NCBI GenBank assembly: GCA_032718475.1
Contig: JAUCBJ010006257.1
Span: forward strand, 1 to 64,000
DNA: 64,000 bases
Reading direction: 5' to 3'
Origin: Nemertoderma westbladi
Lineage: Eukaryota > Animalia > Xenacoelomorpha
The translations under genes were made by a program, and so were the position numbers. The notes beneath the pieces are model-generated. The model was given only the letters and a program-made list of their open reading frames with translations. It searched no databases and was not told the origin of the DNA. Position 1 is the stretch's first letter, and each line of letters opens with the position of its first letter. Of this stretch, positions 1-11,800 are shown one piece after another.

Positions 1-124
1 TTTCTGGATTCGCTTCTTAAGGGACACTCAAAGGCCTTGAAGATTAGAATCTCGCGATATTAATCATTGATAGGGCGCTGCGACCGCACAACTTTGATGA
101 TTTGATGCCGGTATAGCATTCTTA

Positions 125-488
125 ATGCCGCCTTCCGTATGCCGCCTTCCGTATGCCGCCTTTGGTATGCAGCCTTCCATATGCCGCCTTCCGTATGCCG
201 CCTTCCGTATGCCGCCTTCCGTATACCGCCTTCCGTATGCCGCCTTCCGTATGCCGCCTTCCGTATGCCGCCTTCCGTATGCCGCCTTCCGTATGCCGCC
301 TTCCGTATGCCGCCTTCCGTATGCCGCCTTCCGTATGCCGCCTTCCGTATGCCGCTTTTGGTATGCAGCCTTCCATATGCCGCCTTCCGTATGCCGCCTT
401 CCGTATGCCGCCTTCCGTATGCCGCCTTCCGTATGCCGCCTTCCGTATGCCGCCTTCCGTATGCCGCCTTCCGTATGTCGCCTTCCGT
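125..488. repeat. 14-bp GC-rich minisatellite (ATGCCGCCTTCCGT)n, ~26 copies
   Basis: Directly visible tandem unit. The variant block TTTGGTATGCAGCCTTCCAT recurs near 161 and 357 (14 units apart). Overlapping ORFs in several frames are repeat translations. Confidence 0.95.
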
Positions 489-712
489 TTATAGCTATAC
501 ACTATGTCTGTATATATAGTGTTGCACTAGTTGAAAGGTTTTATATACATATTATTATTGTTATTATCGTACAGTGAATAATAAATAATTATGCACGTAC
601 AGTTAGACAGACATAAATAGCACAATAATATAATGTAAGATTTTATATAGTTATTATGTAATAAATAAGTAAATGTATAACTATTTTGGACCAAAAATAA
701 ACGACAATAATG

Positions 713-802
713 ATTTATATTACCTGCAATCAATCACAGCACATTTATATTACCTGCAATCAATCACAGCACATTTATATTACCTGCAATCAATCACAGC
801 AC
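713..802. repeat. 30-bp tandem repeat, 3 copies (ATTTATATTACCTGCAATCAATCACAGCAC)
   Basis: Three identical consecutive copies. Confidence 0.9.
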
Positions 803-1480
803 AATCTAAATTAAAGAAAAAGAGGAAAAATCACAAAAGTAATCAGATTTACGAACCAAAATTTACAAATTCTAAAACAGCACTATAAAGTATAAATCAC
901 ATTAAATCGAATGTTTAACATTAAACATATTAAATACATATCAAATTGAATTATTCGTTACACAAAAAGTTTAATATCTGCTCAATTTCCTGTCGACTGA
1001 ACCCAAAAATTCAATTTCATTTCTGCACAAGTCAATTAACTCCTTTAACTTAACCATATTCAATAAACCCGGTGTCACAGTATTGTTCCACTTCCTTGAT
1101 AAGACACCCTTGGCCGAAACCTTCAGTAAATTCAGCGTATTACAGAAATTTACAACGCGGCGGAAATTTGCCCCACTAACTGTTCTACAGTCGAATAGCG
1201 TGAGATTCGCGAGAAATCTGATACACATAGATATTATTTATCATTGTTTTTTAAATGGAATTAAATTTTTAAAAATTTAAAATAATTTAGGCAAAAATTA
1301 AAAGAAGCGATGTAAATATAAATAACAAAATGAGTCGAATTATCGATAGTCCTTATTTGTCTTTCTTGGAGGCAATGTATATTAAGGGCTCATATCGCCT
1401 TACATCCATAAATGATCTCGAAATGAGAACAAATTTTCTCTGGGGAGTATGGTTACGGGGGACCGCACTAGAAATAAATC

Positions 1481-1664
1481 GTGAAGACTTTGTGTGTAAT
1501 CTCTGGCCAAGTGAAGACTTTGTGTTCAATCCCTGACCAACTGATGTCACTATTATCAACTCGTAAGAGTTTGTGTTCAATCCCTGACCAACTGATGTCA
1601 CTATTATCAACTCGTAAGAGTTTGTGTTTAATCACTGGCCAACTGTTGGCATTATTATCAACTC
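1481..1664. repeat. 51-bp tandem repeat (~3 copies plus a degenerate precursor)
   Basis: TTTGTGTTCAATCCCTGACCAACTGATGTCACTATTATCAACTCGTAAGAG at 1519 and 1570, diverged copy at 1621. Confidence 0.85.
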
Positions 1665-2909
1665 ACACAAATGTCACTTTATTAATTTCTGGTGTCTCCG
1701 TGTATTAATTTTGCACGAGTAACCAGGTTATTTATAAAATCTCAACCCATGCAATACATAAATACTGTATCAATAGGCTTACACAAGGGGCGGGGCTAGA
1801 ATTTTGGTTAACTTTTACAACTAACCAAACCAAAGTTGTTAATGATGGGTAATGAGAAGTGATTTTCGATATATTGTTTATGGAGCAGGTCCTAGGTGAT
1901 ATTATCTGATAAATCTAATTAAATTTCTAAAAGTTCCATTCACCATAAATTTCCGGGTTTCTCAATTTACATGCTGTATTTAAATCTTTATTACAAATCT
2001 TCTCATTTGAGTTTTTATTTATTCTCAATTTATATTTCATCCTAGCAAAATTTTTGAAATCAATTTAATTTGACTCAGATTTTCTTATTCAAAAACTCAA
2101 ACGTTACATTTTACATAGGGCGCAGATAAGTAATGCCGAACTCCCAACAACAGGTGGTTGAAAGTTTGCTAATCACTTCCGCCAACTACCAAGGCATCAA
2201 ATAGCGCCCTGAATAAAGATATCAATGTAAACACAGTATTATTGTTCACTACTAAGAAATCCAATATAATGCAATAACATTGATATCATACAGTAGGTAA
2301 GAGAGGGTAGGCATACATACACACACAATAGGCAGGTTAAATAAAGGAGAATAATCATTGTAATTGCACAAAGTTTAATCATTAACTCATTATGGTAAAT
2401 ATTGGCTTTTAATCTAAGTTTAAGTTTAGACCTTATCATTATTATTACAAGTCTGTAGGTTGACTTTTTGACATGCCCAACTGTATAATTTTATTGTGTG
2501 TAATGTTTACTTTTAATTATTGGAATTTTTATAATATGTTTTCAGACATCATCTGCTTTAATTACTTTTAATTTTTAATATATTTTTAACATTATTTTGC
2601 TTTGAATCAAAATCTATCTTTCAGTATCTCTCTCTTCATAAAATCATTCCAGTTATAGAAATAATGTAGTATGCACAATATTTTGGTAATTTCATAACTA
2701 CGTAGGCCGACCTCTTTATTTTATTATTTTTAGCGGATTTCTCGTTGCAAGCAGATAATTTACTGAATGTTACAATCCCACAATGCCGATGGTTTTAAAA
2801 TTACTTTCACTTTCCTGTTTCGTGTATGCATTGCATTTATGATGTAAATATGAAACTAACGTTTACGTTATTGATAATGGATTAAATGAGATAATTGTGA
2901 TTGTAAATA

Positions 2910-5474
2910 ATGTCGTTCGTGGAAGAAAAACTGAAAGATATTACAGATCCGGTACCGGTACCACAACAGAATGGAAATACAAAATCGAAGAAGCAACAAA
3001 CTGAAACAAAGAAGCCAAAAATTCCCGCTAGGGGGCGTATTATTTCCTTCACAAAGTCACCGGGATGGGAAAGCATTGACCTGGATGCACAGACAACTCG
3101 GCCGGAAGACCGCACTCCAAACACACCGATTCCAAACACAGACCTCATCTTGGCGGCGACACTAGTAAGCGACGCTCTAAACTCAAAACATATCCAATTC
3201 CTCCGCTCGCCGCGAGAGGTCAACCTATACAACTGGTATAACTCTGCGTTGTTGCGGTTCTCTACCTATATTTTTATCGCAATCAATATTTCCTTGACGA
3301 TATTCGAGAAGCCGGCCGTTGAGGGGTGGGAACTACCGTATTGGGCGACTATCCCCGTCGAGTTGATTTGCATGGGCGTCTTTCTTGGGAGACTTCTCCA
3401 CGCTTTCAGCTACAGCGAGCGACGAAGCTTTTTGTCGGACAAAAAGAATGTAATCCTTTTTGTTGCGATCTTATTGATCACCCTGGATATGATCTCGGCG
3501 GGTTCTCTAATCGCTGTCGGTCTGGAACGCTACGCTATCAGATGGTCTCGGGTTTTGAGACCCGTGTTTTTGGTGACTTTCAGCGAAACTCGGCAAATAC
3601 GTAGAGCGTTTCGAAACATCCGGAGGACGCTTCCCGAAGTCGGCACTGTGTTACTACTATTTTTCATAATAATCGCGATATTTAGTCTTTTGGGTATGAA
3701 ATTATATGGGAAGAGGAATTTGAAGAATGCCGAAGGTGGTGCATATTTCGCAAACTATTTCGATATATATTTTGATCTCTTTGTTCTAGTCACGACTGCG
3801 AATAACCCTGATATTATGATGCCAGCGTACAATGATTCTCGATGGAACGCATTGTTTTTCATCTCCTTTTTAGCCATGTGTCTCTACATCTTTATGAATT
3901 TAATCCTGGCTGTTATTTACAACGAATTCCGCAACAATCTTAAGAGCGAAGTGCGTCGAGCCGTGTTTGCGAAACGCCGCAATCTCTCCGAGGTCTACGA
4001 TCTACTCAAAGTTCGAGTGGGTCAAGGATACGGCGTTCCCGAGTGTCGGTGGTTGGAACTGATTCGGGCCACGGATCCGCAACGAACAAGCAACCAGAAT
4101 AACATCGTCTGGAAGGTCCTGGACGATAAACAATTGGGATATATCGAAAGGGCGCGCTTCCTATGGGTAGCCGACGTATTAAACGTTCGCATAACAGAAG
4201 TTGGAAGGAATCCCACGTTCCTGGAATTGACGATTCCAAAGATTTATTTCTCTCCAGCGAGCCAATCATTTCGCAAAATTGTTAAAAGCAAATATTTTAA
4301 ACTGTTTTTTGATCTGTTAATTGTCACTAATGCATTCTTCATAGGAATGGGAAAGGACAACGCTGATTACATATTTCTCGTTTTTTTCAGCCTGGAAATA
4401 ATCTTCAAATTCTACACGAGTGGTTTTATCGTCTTTATGAAATCGAAATGGAATACTTTTGATTTGATAGCCATTGGCGGTGCAGTTGTCGTCGCTATTG
4501 TTGAGCTTTCTCTGGGGAATGGGAAGCAGTCGATAGTAATATTGGACGTGTTGATGGTGCTGCGAGTCTTGCGTTTCGTGCGAATTCTAGGAAGTCATAG
4601 GCGATTTAAAACCGTCCTCTCGACCATCGTGAGTATCATTCCATCGCTCGGGACATACGTCGGCGTCCTTTTCGTCTTCTTTTACGTCTACGCCATCGTC
4701 GGAATGGAAATATTCCACGACCTCATCCGCAAAGAAGATGTGCACAGTTCCAACGCTTCCTGTGGAAACGATAAACTTTTAGGATCACAATTCGCGAAGT
4801 TGAGTTATTGCGCTAATAATTTCAACGATATCGCATCTGCTTTCGTTACGCTGACTGAATTACTTGTTGTCAACCAGTGGCACGTAATCGCTGAAGGATT
4901 TGTCCTCACCACCAATAAGGCCGCGAGAATATATTTCTTTCTGTTTCACTTAACCTGCGTTACTATCGTTCTCAATATACTTGTCGCATTTATCCTTGAA
5001 GCATTTATGTTGGAATACACTCTGTCCCAAGGAAAGTTCGAATCCATGGTTCAAAAGAAGATCACTGAGTTAGGGTTAGGAATTCGTCGCAAGGATACAA
5101 TAGACCCTTTCGACAACGAAGACTCATCAGATATAGAAGTAGAAACTCCGAAGAAACCGTTATCGGAGATGCTACCACCGTCATCGCCATCGGCCTCAAA
5201 TTCGTCGAATTCTAGACGTGTGTCGAGTAGCAAACAGTTGGATAGAAAGAATTCCTTCTTCGGCCTGGTCTTCGTGATGGAGGACCGGGGTATGAGAGAC
5301 CCGGAGGTGCAGTTGCAGAGAATGTTTGAGGTAGATATTGACGCCGAGGACCTGGGGCCCGCTGACATTGAGATGGAAGAAGGCGCAGAGGTGCCCGGAC
5401 CGTTTTCCGCCGGACTCAATAAAACCGTCCACGGATTCAAATTGTTTTCGAATACCGGCGTTGATGAAAAGTAG
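2910..5474 (+). CDS. TPC3: Two-pore channel, TPC3-like (854 aa, single coding exon)
   Basis: Two 6-TM ion-transport domains. Pore motifs TTANNPD and VVNQW (VVNQW is TPC3-type; TPC1/2 have VVNNW). Arg-rich S4 segments (RWSRVLRP; LRVLRFVR) and a basic S4-S5 linker RQIRRAFRNIRRT. Family call is secure; the paralog call is less so. Confidence 0.9.
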   Translation: MSFVEEKLKDITDPVPVPQQNGNTKSKKQQTETKKPKIPARGRIISFTKSPGWESIDLDAQTTRPEDRTPNTPIPNTDLILAATLVSDALNSKHIQFLRSPREVNLYNWYNSALLRFSTYIFIAINISLTIFEKPAVEGWELPYWATIPVELICMGVFLGRLLHAFSYSERRSFLSDKKNVILFVAILLITLDMISAGSLIAVGLERYAIRWSRVLRPVFLVTFSETRQIRRAFRNIRRTLPEVGTVLLLFFIIIAIFSLLGMKLYGKRNLKNAEGGAYFANYFDIYFDLFVLVTTANNPDIMMPAYNDSRWNALFFISFLAMCLYIFMNLILAVIYNEFRNNLKSEVRRAVFAKRRNLSEVYDLLKVRVGQGYGVPECRWLELIRATDPQRTSNQNNIVWKVLDDKQLGYIERARFLWVADVLNVRITEVGRNPTFLELTIPKIYFSPASQSFRKIVKSKYFKLFFDLLIVTNAFFIGMGKDNADYIFLVFFSLEIIFKFYTSGFIVFMKSKWNTFDLIAIGGAVVVAIVELSLGNGKQSIVILDVLMVLRVLRFVRILGSHRRFKTVLSTIVSIIPSLGTYVGVLFVFFYVYAIVGMEIFHDLIRKEDVHSSNASCGNDKLLGSQFAKLSYCANNFNDIASAFVTLTELLVVNQWHVIAEGFVLTTNKAARIYFFLFHLTCVTIVLNILVAFILEAFMLEYTLSQGKFESMVQKKITELGLGIRRKDTIDPFDNEDSSDIEVETPKKPLSEMLPPSSPSASNSSNSRRVSSSKQLDRKNSFFGLVFVMEDRGMRDPEVQLQRMFEVDIDAEDLGPADIEMEEGAEVPGPFSAGLNKTVHGFKLFSNTGVDEK

Positions 5475-5878
5475 AAGTCGTCATGTATCGGGTATTTCTT
5501 ACAATTTTTTGAACTTGTAAGTGAAATAAAGAAAATTGAAAAGGCCACCTAATGTTTCTAGAGTTATTACATTATGTAATATTTCATATCATCAAATACT
5601 ACAGTTACTTACATTTCATTCATAAGCATTATGATATTACAGTTTCTATTAGTGTTTATTACATTGTCATTGATTTTATATATTAATTTAATGATTTCTG
5701 ATTATTATAGTTTATGGGATTAACTTGTTTGATAAATTAAATTGATATAAATATGGCTTATCGAAAATCGAAATTGTATATTATTGCTGCGGTGATTGTT
5801 TGTATGAGTGAAGCAGATTTGAAGAAGGTTTTAACATTATTTTATCGTCAGTCATTTATAATCCGTGATGGAATTTCC

Positions 5879-8800
5879 GTCATTTGTAATCCAAGTTGAA
5901 ACTCAAGTCATTTGTAATCCAAGTGAAACTCAAGTCATTTGTAATCCAAGTGAAACTCAAGTCATTTGTAATCCAAGTTGAAACTCAAGTCATTTGTAAT
6001 CCAAGTTGAAACTCAAGTCATTTGTAATCCAAGTTGAAACTCAAGTCATTTGTAATCCAAGTTGAAACTCAAGTAATTTGTAATCTAAGTTGAAACTCAA
6101 GTAATTTGTAATCCAAGTGAAACTCAAGTCATTTGTAAAGTTGAAACTCAAGTAATTTGTAATCTAAGTTGAAACTCAAGTAATTTGTAATCCAAGTGAA
6201 ACTCAAGTCATTTGTAATCCAAGTGAAACTCAAGTCATTTGTAATCCAAGTTGAAACTCAAGTCATTTGTAATCCAAGTTGAAACTCAAGTCATTTGTAA
6301 TCCAAGTTGAAACTCAAGTCATTTGTAATCCAAGTTGAAACTCAAGTAATTTGTAATCTAAGTTGAAACTCAAGTAATTTGTAATCCAAGTGAAACTCAA
6401 GTCATTTGTAAAGTTGAAACTCAAGTAATTTGTAATCTAAGTTGAAACTCAAGTAATTTGTAATCCAAGTGAAACTCAAGTCATTTGTAAAGTTGAAACT
6501 CAAGTAATTTGTAATCTAACTTGAAACTCAAGTAATTTGTAATCCAAGTGAAACTCAAGTCATTTGTAATCCAAGTTGAAACTCAAGTCATTTGTAATCC
6601 AAGTTGAAACTCAAGTCATTTGTAATCCAAGTTGAAACTCAAGTCATTTGTAATCCAAGTTGAAACTCAAGTCATTTGTAATCCAAGTTGAAACTCAAGT
6701 AATTTGTAATCCAAGTGAAACTCAAGTCATTTGTAATCCAAGTTGAAACTCAAGTCATTTGTAATCCAAGTGAAACTCAAGTCATTTGTAATCCAAGTGA
6801 AACTCAAGTCATTTGTAATCCAAGTGAAACTCAAGTCATTTGTAAAGTTGAAACTCAAGTAATTTGTAATCCAAGTTGAAACTCAAGTCATTTGTAATCT
6901 AAGTTGAAACTCAAGTAATTTGTAATCCAAGTGAAACTCAAGTCATTTGTAATCCAAGTGAAACTCAAGTCATTTGTAATCCAAGTGAAACTCAAGTCAT
7001 TTGTAAAGTTGAAACTCAAGTAATTTGTAATCCAAGTTGAAACTCAAGTCATTTGTAATCTAAGTTGAATCTCAAGTCATTTGTAATCCAAGTGAAACTC
7101 AAGTCATTTGTAATCCAAGTTGAAACTCAAGTCATTTGTAATCCAAGTTGAAACTCAAGTCATTTGTAATCCAAGTTGAAACTCAAGTCATTTGTAATCC
7201 AAGTTGAAACTCAAGTCATTTGTAATCCAAGTTGAAACTCAAGTCATTTGTAATCCAAGTTGAAACTCAAGTCATTTGTAATCCAAGTTGAAACTCAAGT
7301 AATTTGTAATCCAAGTGAAACTCAAGTCATTTGTAATCCAAGTTGAAACTCAAGTCATTTGTAATCCAAGTGAAACTCAAGTCATTTGTAATCCAAGTGA
7401 AACTCAAGTCATTTGTAATCCAAGTGAAACTCAAGTCATTTGTAAAGTTGAAACTCAAGTAATTTGTAATCCAAGTTGAAACTCAAGTCATTTGTAATCT
7501 AAGTTGAAACTCAAGTAATTTGTAATCCAAGTGAAACTCAAGTCATTTGTAATCCAAGTGAAACTCAAGTCATTTGTAATCCAAGTGAAACTCAAGTCAT
7601 TTGTAAAGTTGAAACTCAAGTAATTTGTAATCCAAGTTGAAACTCAAGTCATTTGTAATCTAAGTTGAAACTCAAGTCATTTGTAATCCAAGTTGAAACT
7701 CAAGTCATTTGTAATCTAAGTTGAAACTCAAGTAATTTGTAATCCAAGTGAAACTCAAGTCATTTGTAATCCAAGTTGAAACTCAAGTCATTTGTAATCT
7801 AAGTTGAAACTCAAGTAATTTGTAATCCAAGTGAAACTCAAGTAATTTGTAATCCAAGTTGAAACTCAAGTCATTTGTAATCCAAGTTGAAACTCAAGTC
7901 ATTTGTAATCCAAGTGAAACTCAAGTAATTTGTAATCCAAGTTGAAACTCAAGTCATTTGTAATCCAAGTGAAACTCAAGTCATTTGTAAAGTTGAAACT
8001 CAAGTAATTTGTAATCCAAGTTGAAACTCAAGTCATTTGTAATCTAAGTTGAAACTCAAGTCATTTGTAATCCAAGTTGAAACTCAAGTCATTTGTAAAG
8101 TTGAAACTCAAGTAATTTGTAATCCAAGTTGAAACTCAAGTCATTTGTAATCTAAGTTGAAACTCAAGTCATTTGTAATCCAAGTTGAAACTCAAGTCAT
8201 TTGTAATCTAAGTTGAAACTCAAGTCATTTGTAATCTAAGTTGAAACTCAAGTCATGTGTAATCCAAGTTGAAACTCAAGTCATTTGTAATCTAAGTTGA
8301 AACTCAAGTCATTTGTAATCCAAGTGAAACTCAAGTCATTTGTAAAGTTGAAACTCAAGTAATTTGTAATCCAAGTTGAAACTCAAGTCATTTGTAATCT
8401 AAGTTGAAACTCAAGTCATTTGTAATCCAAGTTGAAACTCAAGTCATTTGTAATCTAAGTTGAAACTCAAGTAATTTGTAATCCAAGTGAAACTCAAGTC
8501 ATTTGTAATCCAAGTTGAAACTCAAGTCATTTGTAATCTAAGTTGAAACTCAAGTAATTTGTAATCCAAGTGAAACTCAAGTAATTTGTAATCCAAGTTG
8601 AAACTCAAGTCATTTGTAATCCAAGTTGAAACTCAAGTCATTTGTAATCCAAGTGAAACTCAAGTAATTTGTAATCCAAGTTGAAACTCAAGTCATTTGT
8701 AATCCAAGTGAAACTCAAGTCATTTGTAATCCAAGTTGAAACTCAAGTCATTTGTAATCCAAGTTGAAACTCAAGTCATTTGTAATCCAAGTGAAACTCA

Positions 8801-11800
8801 AGTCATTTGTAATCCAAGTGAAACTCAAGTCATTTGTAATCCAAGTGAAACTCAAGTCATTTGTAATCCAAGTTGAAACTCAAGTCATTTGTAATCCAAG
8901 TTGAAACTCAAGTCATTTGTAATCCAAGTTGAAACTCAAGTCATTTGTAATCCAAGTGAAACTCAAGTCATTTGTAATCCAAGTTGAAACTCAAGTCATT
9001 TGTAATCCAAGTTGAAACTCAAGTAATTTGTAATCCAAGTTGAAACTCAAGTCATTTGTAATCCAAGTGAAACTCAAGTCATTTATAATCCAAGTGAAAC
9101 TCAAGTCATTTGTAATCCAAGTGAAACTCAAGTCATTTGTAATCCAAGTTGAAACTCAAGTCATTTGTAATCCAAGTTGAAACTCAAGTAATTTGTAATC
9201 CAAGTTGAAACTCAAGTAATTTGTAATCCAAGTTGAAACTCAAGTAATTTGTAATCCAAGTGAAACTCAAGTCATTTGTAATCCAAGTGAAACTCAAGTC
9301 ATTTGTAATCCAAGTGAAACTCAAGTAATTTGTAATCAAAGTGAAACTCAAGTTATTTGTAATCCAAGTGAAACTCAAGTTATTTGTAATCCAAGTGAAA
9401 CTCAAGTCATTTGTAATCCAAGTTGAAACTCAAGTCATTTGTAATCCAAGTGAAACTCAAGTCATTTGTAATCCAAGTTGAAACTCAAGTCATTTGTAAT
9501 CCAAGTGAAACTCAAGTCATTTGTAATCCAAGTGAAACTCAAGTAGTTTGTAATCCAAGTGAAACTCAAGTTATTTGTAATCCAAGTGAAACTCAAGTAA
9601 TTTGTAATCCAAGTTGAAACTCAAGTAATTTGTAATCCAAGTGAAACTCAAGTCATTTGTAATCCAAGTTGAAACTCAAGTCATTTGTAATCCAAGTTGA
9701 AACTCAAGTCATTTGTAATCCAAGTTGAAACTCAAGTCATTTGTAATCCAAGTTGAAACTCAAGTCATTTGTAATCCAAGTGAAACTCAAGTAATTTGTA
9801 ATCCAAGTGAAACTCAAGTCATTTGTAATCCAAGTTGAAACTCAAGTAATTTGTAATCCAAGTGAAACTCAAGTCATTTGTAATCCAAGTTGAAACTCAA
9901 GTCATTTGTAATCCAAGTTGAAACTCAAGTCATTTGTAATCCAAGTTGAAACTCAAGTCATTTGTAATCCAAGTTGAAACTCAAGTCATTTGTAATCCAA
10001 GTTGAAACTCAAGTCATTTGTAATCCAAGTTGAAACTCAAGTCATTTGTAATCCAAGTTGAAACTCAAGTAATTTGTAATCCAAGTTGAAACTCAAGTAA
10101 TTTGTAATCCAAGTGAAACTCAAGTCATTTGTAATCCAAGTTGAAACTCAAGTCATTTGTAATCCAAGTTGAAACTCAAGTAATTTGTAATCCAAGTTGA
10201 AACTCAAGTAATTTGTAATCCAAGTTGAAACTCAAGTAATTTGTAATCCAAGTGAAACTCAAGTCATTTGTAATCCAAGTGAAACTCAAGTCATTTGTAA
10301 TCCAAGTGAAACTCAAGTAATTTGTAATCCAAGTGAAACTCAAGTTATTTGTAATCCAAGTGAAACTCAAGTTATTTGTAATCCAAGTGAAACTCAAGTC
10401 ATTTGTAATCCAAGTTGAAACTCAAGTCATTTGTAATCCAAGTGAAACTCAAGTCATTTGTAATCCAAGTTGAAACTCAAGTCATTTGTAATCCAAGTGA
10501 AACTCAAGTCATTTGTAATCCAAGTGAAACTCAAGTAGTTTGTAATCCAAGTGAAACTCAAGTTATTTGTAATCCAAGTGAAACTCAAGTAATTTGTAAT
10601 CCAAGTTGAAACTCAAGTAATTTGTAATCCAAGTGAAACTCAAGTCATTTGTAATCCAAGTTGAAACTCAAGTCATTTGTAATCCAAGTTGAAACTCAAG
10701 TCATTTGTAATCCAAGTTGAAACTCAAGTCATTTGTAATCCAAGTTGAAACTCAAGTCATTTGTAATCCAAGTGAAACTCAAGTAATTTGTAATCCAAGT
10801 GAAACTCAAGTCATTTGTAATCCAAGTTGAAACTCAAGTAATTTGTAATCCAAGTGAAACTCAAGTCATTTGTAATCCAAGTTGAAACTCAAGTCATTTG
10901 TAATCCAAGTTGAAACTCAAGTCATTTGTAATCCAAGTTGAAACTCAAGTCATTTGTAATCCAAGTTGAAACTCAAGTCATTTGTAATCCAAGTTGAAAC
11001 TCAAGTCATTTGTAATCCAAGTTGAAACTCAAGTCATTTGTAATCCAAGTTGAAACTCAAGTAATTTGTAATCCAAGTTGAAACTCAAGTAATTTGTAAT
11101 CCAAGTGAAACTCAAGTCATTTGTAATCCAAGTTGAAACTCAAGTCATTTGTAATCCAAGTTGAAACTCAAGTCATTTGTAATCCAAGTTGAAACTCAAG
11201 TAATTTGTAATCCAAGTTGAAACTCAAGTAATTTGTAATCCAAGTGAAACTCAAGTCATTTGTAATCCAAGTTGAAACTCAAGTCATTTGTAATCCAAGT
11301 GAAACTCAAGTCATTTGTAATCCAAGTGAAACTCAAGTAATTTGTAATCCAAGTGAAACTCAAGTTATTTGTAATCCAAGTGAAACTCAAGTTATTTGTA
11401 ATCCAAGTGAAACTCAAGTCATTTGTAATCCAAGTTGAAACTCAAGTCATTTGTAATCCAAGTGAAACTCAAGTCATTTGTAATCCAAGTTGAAACTCAA
11501 GTCATTTGTAATCCAAGTTGAAACTCAAGTCATTTGTAATCCAAGTTGAAACTCAAGTCATTTGTAATCCAAGTGAAACTCAAGTCATTTGTAATCCAAG
11601 TTGAAACTCAAGTCATTTGTAATCCAAGTGAAACTCAAGTCATTTGTAATCCAAGTGAAACTCAAGTAGTTTGTAATCCAAGTGAAACTCAAGTTATTTG
11701 TAATCCAAGTGAAACTCAAGTTATTTGTAATCCAAGTGAAACTCAAGTCATTTGTAATCCAAGTTGAAACTCAAGTCATTTGTAATCCAAGTGAAACTCA

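Noticed and set aside
17-40. TTAA-GGGACACTC as a Kolobok left end
   Set aside because: No matching inverted end found in the window.
5066-5094. Minus-strand CTGATGA...GAAA hammerhead-like match
   Set aside because: Lies within the TPC3 CDS and stem II does not pair. Chance match.
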